Assembly (NCBI GenBank): GCA_913063225.1
Contig: CAJXYP010000018.1
Coordinates: forward strand, 501-64,500
DNA length: 64,000 nucleotides
Source of the DNA: an uncultured Cellvibrionales bacterium
GTDB taxonomy: Bacteria; Pseudomonadota; Gammaproteobacteria; Pseudomonadales; GM7GCV1
Reading direction: 5' to 3'
This document shows positions 28,052 to 38,800 of this stretch, in pieces (position 1 is the first letter of the stretch; every line of letters starts with the position of its first letter). The notes beneath the pieces are model-generated. The model was given only the letters and a program-made list of their open reading frames with translations. It was not told the DNA's origin and searched no databases. A program made the translations under genes and the position numbers.

Positions 28052-29977
28052 ATGGTCCGACCACTTTTGCTTATCTTTTTGACTAGCGCTTTGGTTGCCT
28101 GCAGAGGTGGAGGTGAATCTGGTGGTGGAACCTTGCCGCCTATGGATTCGACGGCACCTAGTGGTTACAGTATTTCTGCACTAACAAACCCTTTGGACGG
28201 CAATAATCAAACTGCCGCAAGTTTCAATTTGGATGGCGCCGAAGTTGGCAGTACCTATCGTTTTACCTTTACTGATGCGCAAAACGCACAGATATCTCAA
28301 AACGGTGCAGTGGAAACCAGCGCCCAGACTTTTAGCGATATCGATCTGAGCAGCTTGGCCGATGGTGATATAGATTTACAGCTAACCCTAACGGATACAG
28401 CAGGCAATTTTGGCGCTGCAGCGCAAATCAACACGGTCAAAGAAACCACTCCACTAATTGCTACGATCCAATTGTCAGGCCAAATAACTTTTGACCGAAT
28501 TTCCCATAATAGTAATGGCAGAGGTCTAAATTACGACTCTATCTCAGCTGACCCTGTGCGCGAAGCCACTTTGCGTGTGGTCGACTCCAGTGACCAAACC
28601 ATACTGACAACTAAAACTGACGAGGACGGACGCTATCAGGTGACCGTTGAGGCGGGCATTTCGGTTCGCGTCGAAGTGCCCGCGGAACTCTCTGAAGCCG
28701 ACCCCACTTTGAACTGGCTTGTGCGTGTTGTCGACAATAGGAATAGCAATAGTTTGTATGTTCTGCGCGGATCGCTATCGGATACCGGAAGTAGCAATCA
28801 GGTTAGAAATCTACATGCAGGATCAGGATGGAATGGCATTCAATACAGCGAAGAGCGGGCAGCAGCACCTTTTGCTATCTTGGACAGCATTAATCAAATT
28901 AACAGCCGACTTCGGTCCGAGGGTGTGGCGTTGTCTTTGCCTGAACTCGAAATTCGGTGGAGCCCAAACAATACAGATGGATCCTTCTATCAATCAGGTG
29001 GAACCTCTCCCCATATTGAAATTGCCGGGGCCGCAGATATTGATACAGACGAATACGATCAGCACGTAATAGTGCATGAGTGGCGGCATTACTTTGAATC
29101 TATGGTTTCTCGCGGGGATACCCTTGGGGGTTCCCATAGTACTAATAGTCTTCTTGAACCGAGAACGGCATATTCTGAAGGTACCGGGAACGCTTGGTCG
29201 GGCATTATCTTGGATGACCCGATATATAAAGATGCATTAGGCGATGATCAAGACCGCGGTTTTCAATTCAATATGGAAAGTAGCGCGATTGTTGCGGAGG
29301 GTTGGTACATCGAGAAATCGGTGCAGGAGATTGTCTACGACATCGTGGACACAGATATTGATGGCGCAGACACGCTGAGCCTGTCTGTTGCGGATCTAGT
29401 CAATGCCTGGCAGTCGTCTGAATATCTGCATCAGGCGAGTTTGACCACTATCTTTTCGCTGCGCGCCGCCCTGGAACAAACTTCGCCGCTGTCAGCGGCT
29501 TCTATTGATGCCCTTATGCTAGGAGAAGATATCCATGGCACCGGCTATTTTGGGGATGGCGAAACCAATGGAGACGGACGTACATACAGTTTGCCGGTTT
29601 ACCATCAACTTACGACCAATGGTATTCCTATTGAAATATGCAGTAACAATCAGGCAGATGGCGAATATAACCGGATGGAGAACCGTCAGTTAGTGCGCTT
29701 TAGTATTAGTCTTGAAGGTTCTTATGTGATTTTGATGGAGCGGAATGCAGCAAATACCAACTGGGACCCTTTGGTAGATGTAGATCCGGATTTTGCCGTA
29801 TATAGACGCGGAGAGCTTGTGGCAGAAGCAGAATCAGAGCCAGCGAACTCGGAATCATGGACAGGTAATTTAGTAGTTGATAGCTATGTTATTGACGCTT
29901 TCGACTGGTTCAATGTAGATGAAGATTCCGGCACAGGTGGTTTGACCTGTTTTGATATTTCAGTATTAGCTAATTAA
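28052..29977 (+). CDS. Predicted lipoprotein zinc metalloprotease: Ig-like and CarboxypepD_reg-like domains, HEXXH, C-terminal PPC-like domain
   Basis: Lipobox LTSALVAC. HEWRH is encoded at 29075-29089. TKTDEDGRYQVTV is a carboxypeptidase-regulatory-like strand. The C-terminal …YVILMERNAA…DPDFAVYRRGE… resembles a pre-peptidase C-terminal domain. Confidence 0.6.
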   Translation: MVRPLLLIFLTSALVACRGGGESGGGTLPPMDSTAPSGYSISALTNPLDGNNQTAASFNLDGAEVGSTYRFTFTDAQNAQISQNGAVETSAQTFSDIDLSSLADGDIDLQLTLTDTAGNFGAAAQINTVKETTPLIATIQLSGQITFDRISHNSNGRGLNYDSISADPVREATLRVVDSSDQTILTTKTDEDGRYQVTVEAGISVRVEVPAELSEADPTLNWLVRVVDNRNSNSLYVLRGSLSDTGSSNQVRNLHAGSGWNGIQYSEERAAAPFAILDSINQINSRLRSEGVALSLPELEIRWSPNNTDGSFYQSGGTSPHIEIAGAADIDTDEYDQHVIVHEWRHYFESMVSRGDTLGGSHSTNSLLEPRTAYSEGTGNAWSGIILDDPIYKDALGDDQDRGFQFNMESSAIVAEGWYIEKSVQEIVYDIVDTDIDGADTLSLSVADLVNAWQSSEYLHQASLTTIFSLRAALEQTSPLSAASIDALMLGEDIHGTGYFGDGETNGDGRTYSLPVYHQLTTNGIPIEICSNNQADGEYNRMENRQLVRFSISLEGSYVILMERNAANTNWDPLVDVDPDFAVYRRGELVAEAESEPANSESWTGNLVVDSYVIDAFDWFNVDEDSGTGGLTCFDISVLAN

Positions 29978-29991
29978 CTAGAGGCATTTCC

Positions 29992-30591
29992 ATGCGATAT
30001 TTGATGCTTATTATTATGATTTTTGCCTTTGTTGCTTGTGGCAGAATTGAATCAGGAGCCGAACAAAGAGCAGAGCAAAGTGAAGTAGTTGCCACCTCTG
30101 AGCCAAGCAAAGAGGTACTAGCCTCCCTTGAGTCTGGGGTCGTGCTAAAACCCGGCGCCGCCATCATTTTTACATCGAATTACGCAGGCTCATTGGAAGT
30201 AGGTGAAATTGCCCCCTTGATTCTGCAAATTCAGCCGCAGTACGCAGCGGGGCAGTTAGAAGTTTCCTTGTCTGTACCAACGGGGCTTTCAGTGGTTGGG
30301 CAAACCCAGTATTTAGAGAGCTTTGTGGAGCCTCAGGAATTTAGCTATGAGGTAATGATTAGTGCCGACATGCCGGGTGAATACTACCTTGGAATCATCG
30401 TTTCGGTTGTGACAGATTCCGGTCTTGAAGAGGCTCGCGCCTTTGCAGAGGTTATCAGGGTTACTGACTCTGAAGCCGTTCTGGCCCTCAAGCAAGTTAG
30501 CGTTGAAGAGGGTGCCGAAGCTGTATCTGATAGTGGAGAACAGGTTGAGCACTTTATGCAGGCCGAAGAAGAGATTATGTCCGGACCCTGA
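29992..30591 (+). CDS. Hypothetical lipoprotein, probably co-transcribed with the metalloprotease gene
   Basis: Lipobox MIFAFVAC. It starts 15 nt after the upstream stop. No domain recognised. Confidence 0.5.
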   Translation: MRYLMLIIMIFAFVACGRIESGAEQRAEQSEVVATSEPSKEVLASLESGVVLKPGAAIIFTSNYAGSLEVGEIAPLILQIQPQYAAGQLEVSLSVPTGLSVVGQTQYLESFVEPQEFSYEVMISADMPGEYYLGIIVSVVTDSGLEEARAFAEVIRVTDSEAVLALKQVSVEEGAEAVSDSGEQVEHFMQAEEEIMSGP

Positions 30592-30688
30592 TCTGTGGGC
30601 CGAAACAAGCAATTAAATAGAACCCAAAGCTCTTGAGCACCTCGCACCGATCCATTAACATATCCGACTGAATTACTCGGGTATTTAC

Positions 30689-31276
30689 ATGTCTATAGTT
30701 TCCGTTACCGAATCAGCCAGAGAATATCTCGGCGGACTGCTTGTCAAGCAAGACGCAGAAGGTATGTCTGTGCGCATGTTCATTCTTAACCCTGGTACTC
30801 CTGAAGCGGAAACCTGTCTTTCATATTGCCGACCCGGCGAAGAAAAGGAAGACGACGAGTTCGAAGAACTGCCTGAATTCCGTCTTTACTATGAAAAACG
30901 CAGTGTTACCTTTCTAGAAGACGCAACTGTCGATTATTCTGCCGATAAAATGGGTGGTCAGTTAACTATCAGAGCGCCTAATTCGCGAACGCCAAGTATT
31001 GCTGAAGATAGTCCTCTAGAAGACAAAGTTAACTATATTCTTTGGAATGAAATCAATCCCGGGCTAGCAGCGCACGGTGGGCAGGTGTCTTTGATAGAAG
31101 TTGATGATGACGGCATCGCCGTTTTGAAGTTTGGTGGTGGTTGTCAGGGTTGCAGTATGTTGGATGTGACTCTGCGTGATGGTGTTCAAAAAACCTTGAT
31201 GGAAAAACTACCAGAGCTAAAAGACGTGCGCGATATCACCGATCACACTGATAGCTCAAACGCTTATTATTCTTAA
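30689..31276 (+). CDS. nfuA: Fe-S cluster biogenesis protein NfuA
   Basis: A degenerate IscA-like N-domain plus an Nfu domain with GGGCQGCSM. Confidence 0.9.
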   Translation: MSIVSVTESAREYLGGLLVKQDAEGMSVRMFILNPGTPEAETCLSYCRPGEEKEDDEFEELPEFRLYYEKRSVTFLEDATVDYSADKMGGQLTIRAPNSRTPSIAEDSPLEDKVNYILWNEINPGLAAHGGQVSLIEVDDDGIAVLKFGGGCQGCSMLDVTLRDGVQKTLMEKLPELKDVRDITDHTDSSNAYYS

Positions 31277-31289
31277 GTCGGATATCTGT

Positions 31290-31604
31290 TTAACCGTAAG
31301 GGTCTGAGCCTTCGAAGAGTTCTGATTCAATGGTAGTAAGCGGATCATTTTCATTTTCACCCGCTATTTCACTAATGGGATTGTCTTCGCGACTAACCTC
31401 GTATGACGCACTCCAATCTTCCGGAGCAGCGGCTGACTGTACCGACATTTGACGCCATCCTTCAATATCAACTTCGCTCACTTCTCCATCCACATATTGA
31501 ATTTCAATAGTTCGTTCGTGATCATCAAAAGCAATTACTTCAAATGTCTGACCCAGTTCCCGGTCAACATACCATTCGCCCATTTCCGGAACTTTAAATG
31601 CCAT
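31290..31604 (-). CDS. Small acidic hypothetical protein
   Basis: A strong AAGGAGAG SD precedes the ATG at 31604. MAFKVPEMGEWYVDRELGQTFEVIAFDD…; no known motif. Confidence 0.5.
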   Translation of the reverse strand: MAFKVPEMGEWYVDRELGQTFEVIAFDDHERTIEIQYVDGEVSEVDIEGWRQMSVQSAAAPEDWSASYEVSREDNPISEIAGENENDPLTTIESELFEGSDPYG

Positions 31605-31833
31605 GGGTGACTCTCCTTGATTAGTTGCTTTCATCATCAAACCATATCAATCTGTGGTCAATGATGATCAACCAATGGGTTGTTTCAGGTCAAAATATTG
31701 GTTGTAAATGCAATTCTTAAGATTGCCCGAGCAATAGGTCAAGTTCTTGATTGGCTTTGGAGCCGCTTAGCTCCACAAAGGATAAGAAATTTCCTTTAAT
31801 ATAAAAATTATCTAACCAGAACGAACAGGAACC

Positions 31834-32871
31834 ATGACAACTACGAATACCGGGCGACTAATTATAGATTTTGCCGGATTGCGACTCGATTCGAGCGATC
31901 TAGCGCTACTTTCAAAACCACAGGTCGGTGGTGCAATACTATTTTCCCGCAATTTCGAGAATCGCCGGCAAATTAGAGAGCTGGTGGGAGAGATTCGCGC
32001 AGTTAAACCAGATGCGCTTATATGTGTTGATCAGGAAGGTGGACGAGTTCAAAGATTCACCGAGGGTTTTGTCAAACTGCCGGCATTGCAGAACATTCGA
32101 AAGCTGGCGGAAAAAGAACCAGAAAATACCCAAGAAATACTCCATAGCCTGGCTTGGTTAATGGCGGCAGAAGTTTTGAGTACTGGTGTTGATCTCAGTT
32201 TTGCTCCGGTTCTGGATTTGGATGAATCTAGCTCATTGGTTATCGGAGATCGATCTTTAAGTTCGAATCCGGCTCAGGCGGCCCAATTGGGGCGAATGTA
32301 TCTGCAGGCGATGCATGATGCTGGCATGGCAACTACCGGCAAACATTTCCCCGGTCACGGTGGCGTAAAGGGCGATAGCCACACTGAACAGCCATCGGAC
32401 AACCGCAGTTATGACGAAATTCAAAATCACGACCTTGTGCCCTTTACAGAGCTTATGCCATTGCTTGATGCTCTAATGCCCGCGCATGTTATATATCGAC
32501 AAGTAGATGCAAAGCCAGCGGGTTTTTCTAAGAAGTGGATAAAACAAATTCTGCGCGGCGATCTCGAATTCTACGGTGTGGTTTTTAGTGACGATCTGAG
32601 TATGGAAGGCGCAGCTTCTGCAGGCAATGGTGCACAAAGGGCGCGGGCAGCGATAGATGCAGGCTGTGATTTACTCTTAGTTTGCAATGACCGACCTATG
32701 GCGGAGCAAGTCCTGCAGTGGATGATTGATGATGAGATTCCGGGGTCTGATGCGGCATTATCAATGTTGGCTCGCAAAAGTTGGACGGATTCTGAAATAA
32801 TAGAGCATGAAAACTACGCCCTTGCGGCGCAATTTATTAAAAGAATAGAGGAGACATCGACGCGTGTTTGA
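31834..32871 (+). CDS. nagZ: Beta-N-acetylhexosaminidase (peptidoglycan recycling)
   Basis: GH3 motifs …ICVDQEGGRVQRF…, KHFPGHGGVKGDSH, …VFSDDLSMEGA. Confidence 0.9.
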   Translation: MTTTNTGRLIIDFAGLRLDSSDLALLSKPQVGGAILFSRNFENRRQIRELVGEIRAVKPDALICVDQEGGRVQRFTEGFVKLPALQNIRKLAEKEPENTQEILHSLAWLMAAEVLSTGVDLSFAPVLDLDESSSLVIGDRSLSSNPAQAAQLGRMYLQAMHDAGMATTGKHFPGHGGVKGDSHTEQPSDNRSYDEIQNHDLVPFTELMPLLDALMPAHVIYRQVDAKPAGFSKKWIKQILRGDLEFYGVVFSDDLSMEGAASAGNGAQRARAAIDAGCDLLLVCNDRPMAEQVLQWMIDDEIPGSDAALSMLARKSWTDSEIIEHENYALAAQFIKRIEETSTRV

Positions 32872-33979
32872 TCAACTTGAAGGCTACTTACAAGAATATT
32901 GGGTGTTTTGGGTATTTGGGATTGTATTTGCAGTAGCCATTTTGAATTTTATTGTCGGCCGTGCGCTCAAGCTACTATTAAAAAGGGCTGAAGCCACAAA
33001 AAACCTATGGGATGACGCGCTGATCCTGGCGCTGAACAAACCTTTAGAGTGGGCTGTCTGGTTGTTTGGCATCAACTTCGCTGCGGTGGCTACCGCTCAG
33101 CTAACCGATACGGATTGGCTGGGTGTACTGGGCAAAATAAATCAGGTTGCTTTGATCATACTTATCGCTTGGACCTTACTACGCTTCTTAAAGCGTGCCG
33201 AGCGGAATGTCACTTCACCGGATCATCTGCGCAAACCGATGGATCTCACTACGGCCCTTGCTATCGGGAAGTTGCTACAAGCCTCAATAATACTCACCGC
33301 TACTTTGGTGATATTACAAACACTTGGATACAGTGTTTCCGGTGTGCTGGCCTTTGGTGGAATCGGTGGCATTGCCATTGGCTTTGCGGCCCGGGATATT
33401 CTGGCCAATTTCTTTGGCGCCATGATGATCTACATGGACAAGCCCTTTTCAGTTGGTGATTGGGTCCGATCTCCTGATCAGGAGATCGAAGGAACCATTG
33501 AAGATATCGGTTGGCGACGCACGGTTATTAGAACCTTTGATAAGCGTCCACTGTACGTACCTAATTCGGTGTTCAATACCATTTCTGTAGAAAATCCTTC
33601 ACGCATGGCCAATCGCAGGATCTATGAAACCATAGGAGTTCGCTACGATGATGTGGATATGGTTCCGGCAATTATTGATGCCGTTAAAAAGATGTTGCAA
33701 GAACACGACGAAATCGATAACAACCAAACCATGATTGTGAATTTCAACGCCTTTGGCCCCAGTTCGCTAGACTTCTTTATCTATACCTTTACCAAAACGA
33801 CGGACTGGATCTACTTCCACGAAGTTAAGCAGGATGTGCTGCTGCTGGTGTCGAAAATTATTGCTGATGCAGGCGCTGAAATTGCCTTCCCAACGCAGAC
33901 ACTGCATCTGGCAGATAATGGATTGCCACAGTCACCGATTGATTCGGTAAATATGGCTTCTGCCGAATCTAAAAATTAG
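32864..33979 (+). CDS. Mechanosensitive ion channel (MscS family)
   Basis: N-terminal TM helices plus the MscS beta-domain motif …MIYMDKPFSVGDWV…GTIEDIGWRRTVIRTFD. Confidence 0.85.
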   Translation: MFDQLEGYLQEYWVFWVFGIVFAVAILNFIVGRALKLLLKRAEATKNLWDDALILALNKPLEWAVWLFGINFAAVATAQLTDTDWLGVLGKINQVALIILIAWTLLRFLKRAERNVTSPDHLRKPMDLTTALAIGKLLQASIILTATLVILQTLGYSVSGVLAFGGIGGIAIGFAARDILANFFGAMMIYMDKPFSVGDWVRSPDQEIEGTIEDIGWRRTVIRTFDKRPLYVPNSVFNTISVENPSRMANRRIYETIGVRYDDVDMVPAIIDAVKKMLQEHDEIDNNQTMIVNFNAFGPSSLDFFIYTFTKTTDWIYFHEVKQDVLLLVSKIIADAGAEIAFPTQTLHLADNGLPQSPIDSVNMASAESKN

Positions 33980-34713
33980 TGAAAGCAGTAATTACAGGCT
34001 CGGGGTTTGAAGCAGTAGGGCTCGGTAATATGGCTGCCGAGCATCAACCTAGTTCTTCTTTGGGTAATGCCTCAGACAAAATACTTGAGCTAGAGATTGG
34101 CGGAAATAACTTCCTTTGGTTGCGACGACACGGTGCCGATAGCGCGATTGCGCCGCACCGTATTAACTACCGGGCAAATATCCAGGCCTTGTCTGAATTG
34201 GGCGCAACGGAAATTATTGCCGTCAATACCGTAGGTGGAATATCGGGAGGCTGCCAGTCAGGGTGTTTTGTTGTCGCGGACCAAATAATGGATTTGTCCT
34301 GGGGCAGGGACTCTTCTTTCTTTGACGGCGAGTATCTACCGCTTCAGCATATAGATTTTACCCACCCCTTCGATCAAGAGTTGCGCAGTAATTTGCTTAG
34401 CTGCGCTGGTCTATTATCTATGAACGCAATAGATGGCGGTACCTATGCCTGTACTCAGGGGCCTCGTTTGGAAACTGCTGCTGAGATCAAAGCTTTAGAG
34501 TCCTTGGGTGCTGATATCGTAGGTATGACCGTAATGCCCGAGGCTGCTTTGGCAAGAGAACTAGATATCGCGTATGCGTCTATTTGCCCGGTCATAAACC
34601 GTGCGGCTGGGTTGAGCGATAGGCTATTGGTTGAGGCTGAAATACGGGCTCAGGCGGGGCATATGATGGGCTCAGTGGTAGAACTGATTAGACGGCTCGT
34701 TGAGACTGGTTAA
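33979..34713 (+). CDS. S-methyl-5'-thioinosine/adenosine phosphorylase family (PNP family 2); GTG start
   Basis: …RHGADSAIAPHRINYRANI…VNTVGG…GPRLETAAE…GADIVGMT. It holds the same position relative to nagZ and mfd as the Pseudomonas MTI phosphorylase. Confidence 0.8.
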   Translation: MKAVITGSGFEAVGLGNMAAEHQPSSSLGNASDKILELEIGGNNFLWLRRHGADSAIAPHRINYRANIQALSELGATEIIAVNTVGGISGGCQSGCFVVADQIMDLSWGRDSSFFDGEYLPLQHIDFTHPFDQELRSNLLSCAGLLSMNAIDGGTYACTQGPRLETAAEIKALESLGADIVGMTVMPEAALARELDIAYASICPVINRAAGLSDRLLVEAEIRAQAGHMMGSVVELIRRLVETG

Positions 34714-34763
34714 TCACTGAGACAGATTCGCCATAGCCCATCCGGTTCGGCTTCCAATTAAGC

Positions 34764-35822
34764 CTATGGCTCAGGTTCTGGTTCGACTTCCGGTATAACA
34801 ATAGGCGCTTCTACTTCCAATATACGAATCAGCATACCGAGTTTAGGGTGATCTACAAAATGAAACTCTTGTGAACGCATACGACGATTCATATCTATTT
34901 TGGTGATTTGTTGTACCGCCCTATCTTTCATAATTAGCGTTATTTCCGGAACGGGCAGATACAGCGCTTCAGGTTTGGCGACGCTGACAGTGGGCATCGG
35001 TAATTCAATAAGAATGGGCTCTTCCGTCAACTCAGTCATATAGCTAATTTGCTGCATATCTGGCGGCGTAATCGGCGACATAGGCGCGTACATGGGTTTA
35101 CCGTCGAGCATATCTGATCGGGCGGGTTCGCAGCCGTAGGGTGGTTCCCACCAAGATTCAAATTCCGGTGGTATTGCCAAGATATCAGCGTTCTCATCAA
35201 ACAAGTCCTCGGGCGCTGGCTCTTGGTATCTAAAGTGTTTACAGGCGCTGTAGATGTCTGGTATTTCTGGCAGCTGGCTTAGATAAAATACGTCGTCTAA
35301 TCCTGCCTCTCGTTCGGGGAAACCGGGGTCACCGAAATCCGTAAGCCAAAGATCAGCGGTTACATGTAAAAAGCGGGATAGATGCACTCGAAGTGAGCCT
35401 TCTAGCTCAAAGTGCCCATCGACTTCTTCACCGCCGGCAATATGTATCCAAGGAGCATCTGGCTCGTCAACTAAAGGTTGCTGCCAAGCCTGATGCCATA
35501 ACAGTTGGTAGCCTTCAGTGACTCTAAAGGCATAGGCATCGCCATTCATATTGCGGCCGTTTATGGCTAGTTTACGCAGAGCAGGAGTGACCTCCGATTC
35601 GGATTCAAACATCGCTAGCAGTGGTTCATTTAGAGACAGCTGGACCTCATCAGGCCAGGTTTCTTCCGTTGTGCCCTGAACAATCAGGTCTGGAAAATCT
35701 TGGCGGAATAATAGAAGTTCAACTAGGTACCAGGGCTGGGCAAATACCGCCTCGCAAACCAATAGCAGTGACAATCCCAAAAAAGCGGGTCGGAACAATT
35801 TAGTGGGGAAGCGAGCAGCCAT
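34764..35822 (-). CDS. Conserved secreted protein encoded immediately downstream of mfd (CsiV-like family, tentative)
   Basis: Signal peptide MAARFPTKLFRPAFLGLSLLLVCEAVFAQP. Its start overlaps the mfd stop (TAATG). The family name is recalled from synteny only. Confidence 0.45.
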   Translation of the reverse strand: MAARFPTKLFRPAFLGLSLLLVCEAVFAQPWYLVELLLFRQDFPDLIVQGTTEETWPDEVQLSLNEPLLAMFESESEVTPALRKLAINGRNMNGDAYAFRVTEGYQLLWHQAWQQPLVDEPDAPWIHIAGGEEVDGHFELEGSLRVHLSRFLHVTADLWLTDFGDPGFPEREAGLDDVFYLSQLPEIPDIYSACKHFRYQEPAPEDLFDENADILAIPPEFESWWEPPYGCEPARSDMLDGKPMYAPMSPITPPDMQQISYMTELTEEPILIELPMPTVSVAKPEALYLPVPEITLIMKDRAVQQITKIDMNRRMRSQEFHFVDHPKLGMLIRILEVEAPIVIPEVEPEPEP

Positions 35823-38800
35823 TAGGTGACGGCCTCGGTGCTTAATCCCAATAAAAACCCCTGAAGAAAACTCAATCTGCTCTCCGCCGAATTGAAGTTG
35901 CCAAAAAATTGCAAACGATTTGAACCGCCCAACTTATATTGATCCGGGTATTTTTGCACCAGTTCAATCAACTTCATAGGATCTAGGGGTGGGTTTTCAA
36001 TAAAAGTCACGCTACCAGAGCTTTCGCCAATATCAATTTTGATAATTCCTAGAGGGGTGGCGTCCAGCTTTAGTTTGGTCAAAGCGAAGAGCGTTTTGAT
36101 CGGATCGGATAGCAATCCAAAGCGGTCGATCATCTCTATTTGAAGCTGCCGCAAAGCCTCTTCGCTTTTGGCGCCAGCAATACGTTTATAGAGCTGTAAT
36201 CGAGTATTAACATCTGGCAGGTAATCTTCGGGAATCAGCGCCGGCACCCCCAGCTTGATTTCCAGCTGTTTGCGATCTTCGTCAAGGCTGACGGTTTTCC
36301 CGGCCTGAATATCCTTAACGGCTCGCTCCAACATTTCTTGGTAAAGCTCAAAGCCTATGGCTTGTATCTGTCCGCTCTGACTATCGCCTAGTAGTTCACC
36401 CGCACCGCGAATTTCCAAATCATGAGTGGCCAATGCAAAGCCACTGCCTAAATGATCCGCTTCTTCAATAGCGATTAGGCGTTTCTCGGCATCCGTCGTA
36501 ATGCTGCGCTTGTCGGGAGTCAACATAAAGGCATAGGCCTGATGATGAGATCGACCCACACGGCCTCTAAGCTGATGCAGTTGAGCCAGGCCAAACTTAT
36601 CCGCACGATCAATAATCATGGTATTGGCGGTAGGGATATCGATACCGGTTTCAATGATAGTGGTGCAAAGCAGAATATCGAATCGCTGATGATAGAAATC
36701 CGTGATGATACGTTCCAGCTCTTGTTCGCGCATTTGACCGTGGGCAACAGCGATGCGGGCCGTAGGCACAAGCTCGGCTATTTCCTGAGCACGCCTCTCA
36801 ATAGATCGAATTTCGTTATGTACAAAATAGACCTGTCCACCGCGCATAAGCTCGCGTTGAATAGCTTCTTGAACTACCCGGTTCTCCTGGGGCTGAACAA
36901 AGGTCTTAATGGCTAGTCTTCGTGCTGGTGGGGTAGCAATAATTGATAAGTCGCGTATGGACGCCATGGCCATATTTAGGGTTCGCGGAATAGGTGTGGC
37001 AGTTAGCGTCAGCAGATCTACTTCCGCTTTAAGGGATTTCAAAACTTCTTTCTGGCGCACGCCAAACCGATGTTCCTCATCGACTATAAGCAGGCCCAAA
37101 TCTTTGGTTTCTAGATCTTGGTGCAGCAACTTATGTGTGCCAATCAAGATATCCAGCTTGCCTTCATCGAAGGTCTTAATAGTGGCGTCTTGTTCTGAAG
37201 CGGTTTTAAGTCGAGATACGGCATCAACTTTTACCGACCAGTTAGCAAAACGGTCTCTAAAGGTTTCCAGATGCTGGCGAGCCAGCAGGGTGGTAGGTAC
37301 CAAAATTATTACCTGCGTACCGGCACTGGCAGCAATAAAAGCGGCGCGCATGGCTATTTCAGTTTTGCCAAAACCTACATCGCCACAAATCAGGCGATCC
37401 ATAGGCCGTGCTGACGCCATGTCTGTCTCAACGGCAGCAATGCTGGTTAGCTGATCTTCGGTTTCTTCAAAGGGGAATTCGTTACAAAAGCGCTGGTAGT
37501 CCGAGGCGTCGACTTTTAGCGCGGTGCCTTGGCGTGCTTGTCGCTGGGCGTAGACCTCTAATAGTTCGGCGGCCGTATCCCGAATTTGCTCCCTCGCTTT
37601 ACGTTTGGCTTTTTCCCACTGCTCATTGCCCAAGCGGTGTAATGGCGCTGTATCAGCGTCTGCACCGGAATACCGGGATATAAGGTCGAGGGAATCCACC
37701 GGAACATAGAGTTTATTGTCGTTGGCATATACCAGAGCCAAGAACTCTTGATCTGCGCCATTAACCTTAAGAGTTTCTAGTCCGATAAAGCGGCCAATAC
37801 CGTGCTCTATATGCACAACGGGAGCACCTGGACGAAGCTCTGTAAGGTTGCGGATAATTTCTTCAGAGTTGGCCCAGTTACTTTGGGTTTTACGTTTTTC
37901 CTGTTTCTGCTGTTTGACGCGCTCATTTAGCAGGTCATTTTCTGCTACCAAGGCTACTGAATAGTCAGAAGCAATCCAACCTGACGGAATTTCACCTACA
38001 CAGATCCCAAGTGCATCATTCGAATCACTAAAGGCCTGCCAGCTGTCAAAGTTAGTGGGTCGAATATTGAGTTCGCCAAAGCCCTTAGCTGAACTAAGAG
38101 TCTCCAACATAAGCTCGCGTCGGCCAGTAGATTCAGCGCATATCAATACGCGGTCCAGCTGGCTGCAAAGGGATTTGAAACCTGCGAAAGGGTTTTCCTT
38201 TTTATAGTGAAAGGCTACATCTGGGAGGCTTTTTGGCGCTGGGCCGCCTTGCTTCCTACCCAGTCGTACTCGGGCAAAATAATTTTGCGCCGCAAAGCAA
38301 TCCGCCACGGAAAAGTACAGCTGTGCCGGTTCCAAAAGAGGGCGTTCGATATTCCCGGAGTATTGTTCTTTGCGATGCAGTAGTTGAGTCCAAAACTCCT
38401 CAGTCGCAGAGGTTAAATCGGATAGCTGAACCAGCTGGGTTTGTTTTGGTAAGTAGTCGAGCAAACTTGCAGTTTGTTCGAAGAACAAAGGTAAATAACT
38501 TTCAATTCCCTGCGGCGAGTAACCCTTGGTGATGGCTTGATATACAGAGGAACTGCGAGGGTCGGCTTCAAACTCTTGGTGCCAACGGGTGCGGAAGTCT
38601 TGGATCGATTGATGGTCGAGGGGAAATTCTCGCCCCGGCAATACATTAACTTCCGTTATCTTCTCGCGAGTTAACTGGGTTTCGGGATCGAAGGTACGGA
38701 TAGACTCAATTTCTGTATCAAAAAGATCGATACGGCAGGGCGACTTCATACCCATGGCGAATATATCTATTAACGATCCGCGAATGGCGATCTCACCGTG

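Noticed and set aside
33049-33459. 136-aa plus-strand ORF in an alternative frame of the MscS gene
   Set aside because: It is Cys/Trp/Arg-rich nonsense, and the overlapping frame encodes recognisable MscS motifs.
36542-37454. Plus-strand ORFs (124 aa and 181 aa) inside mfd
   Set aside because: They are antisense to a highly conserved helicase-coding region, a typical shadow-ORF composition.
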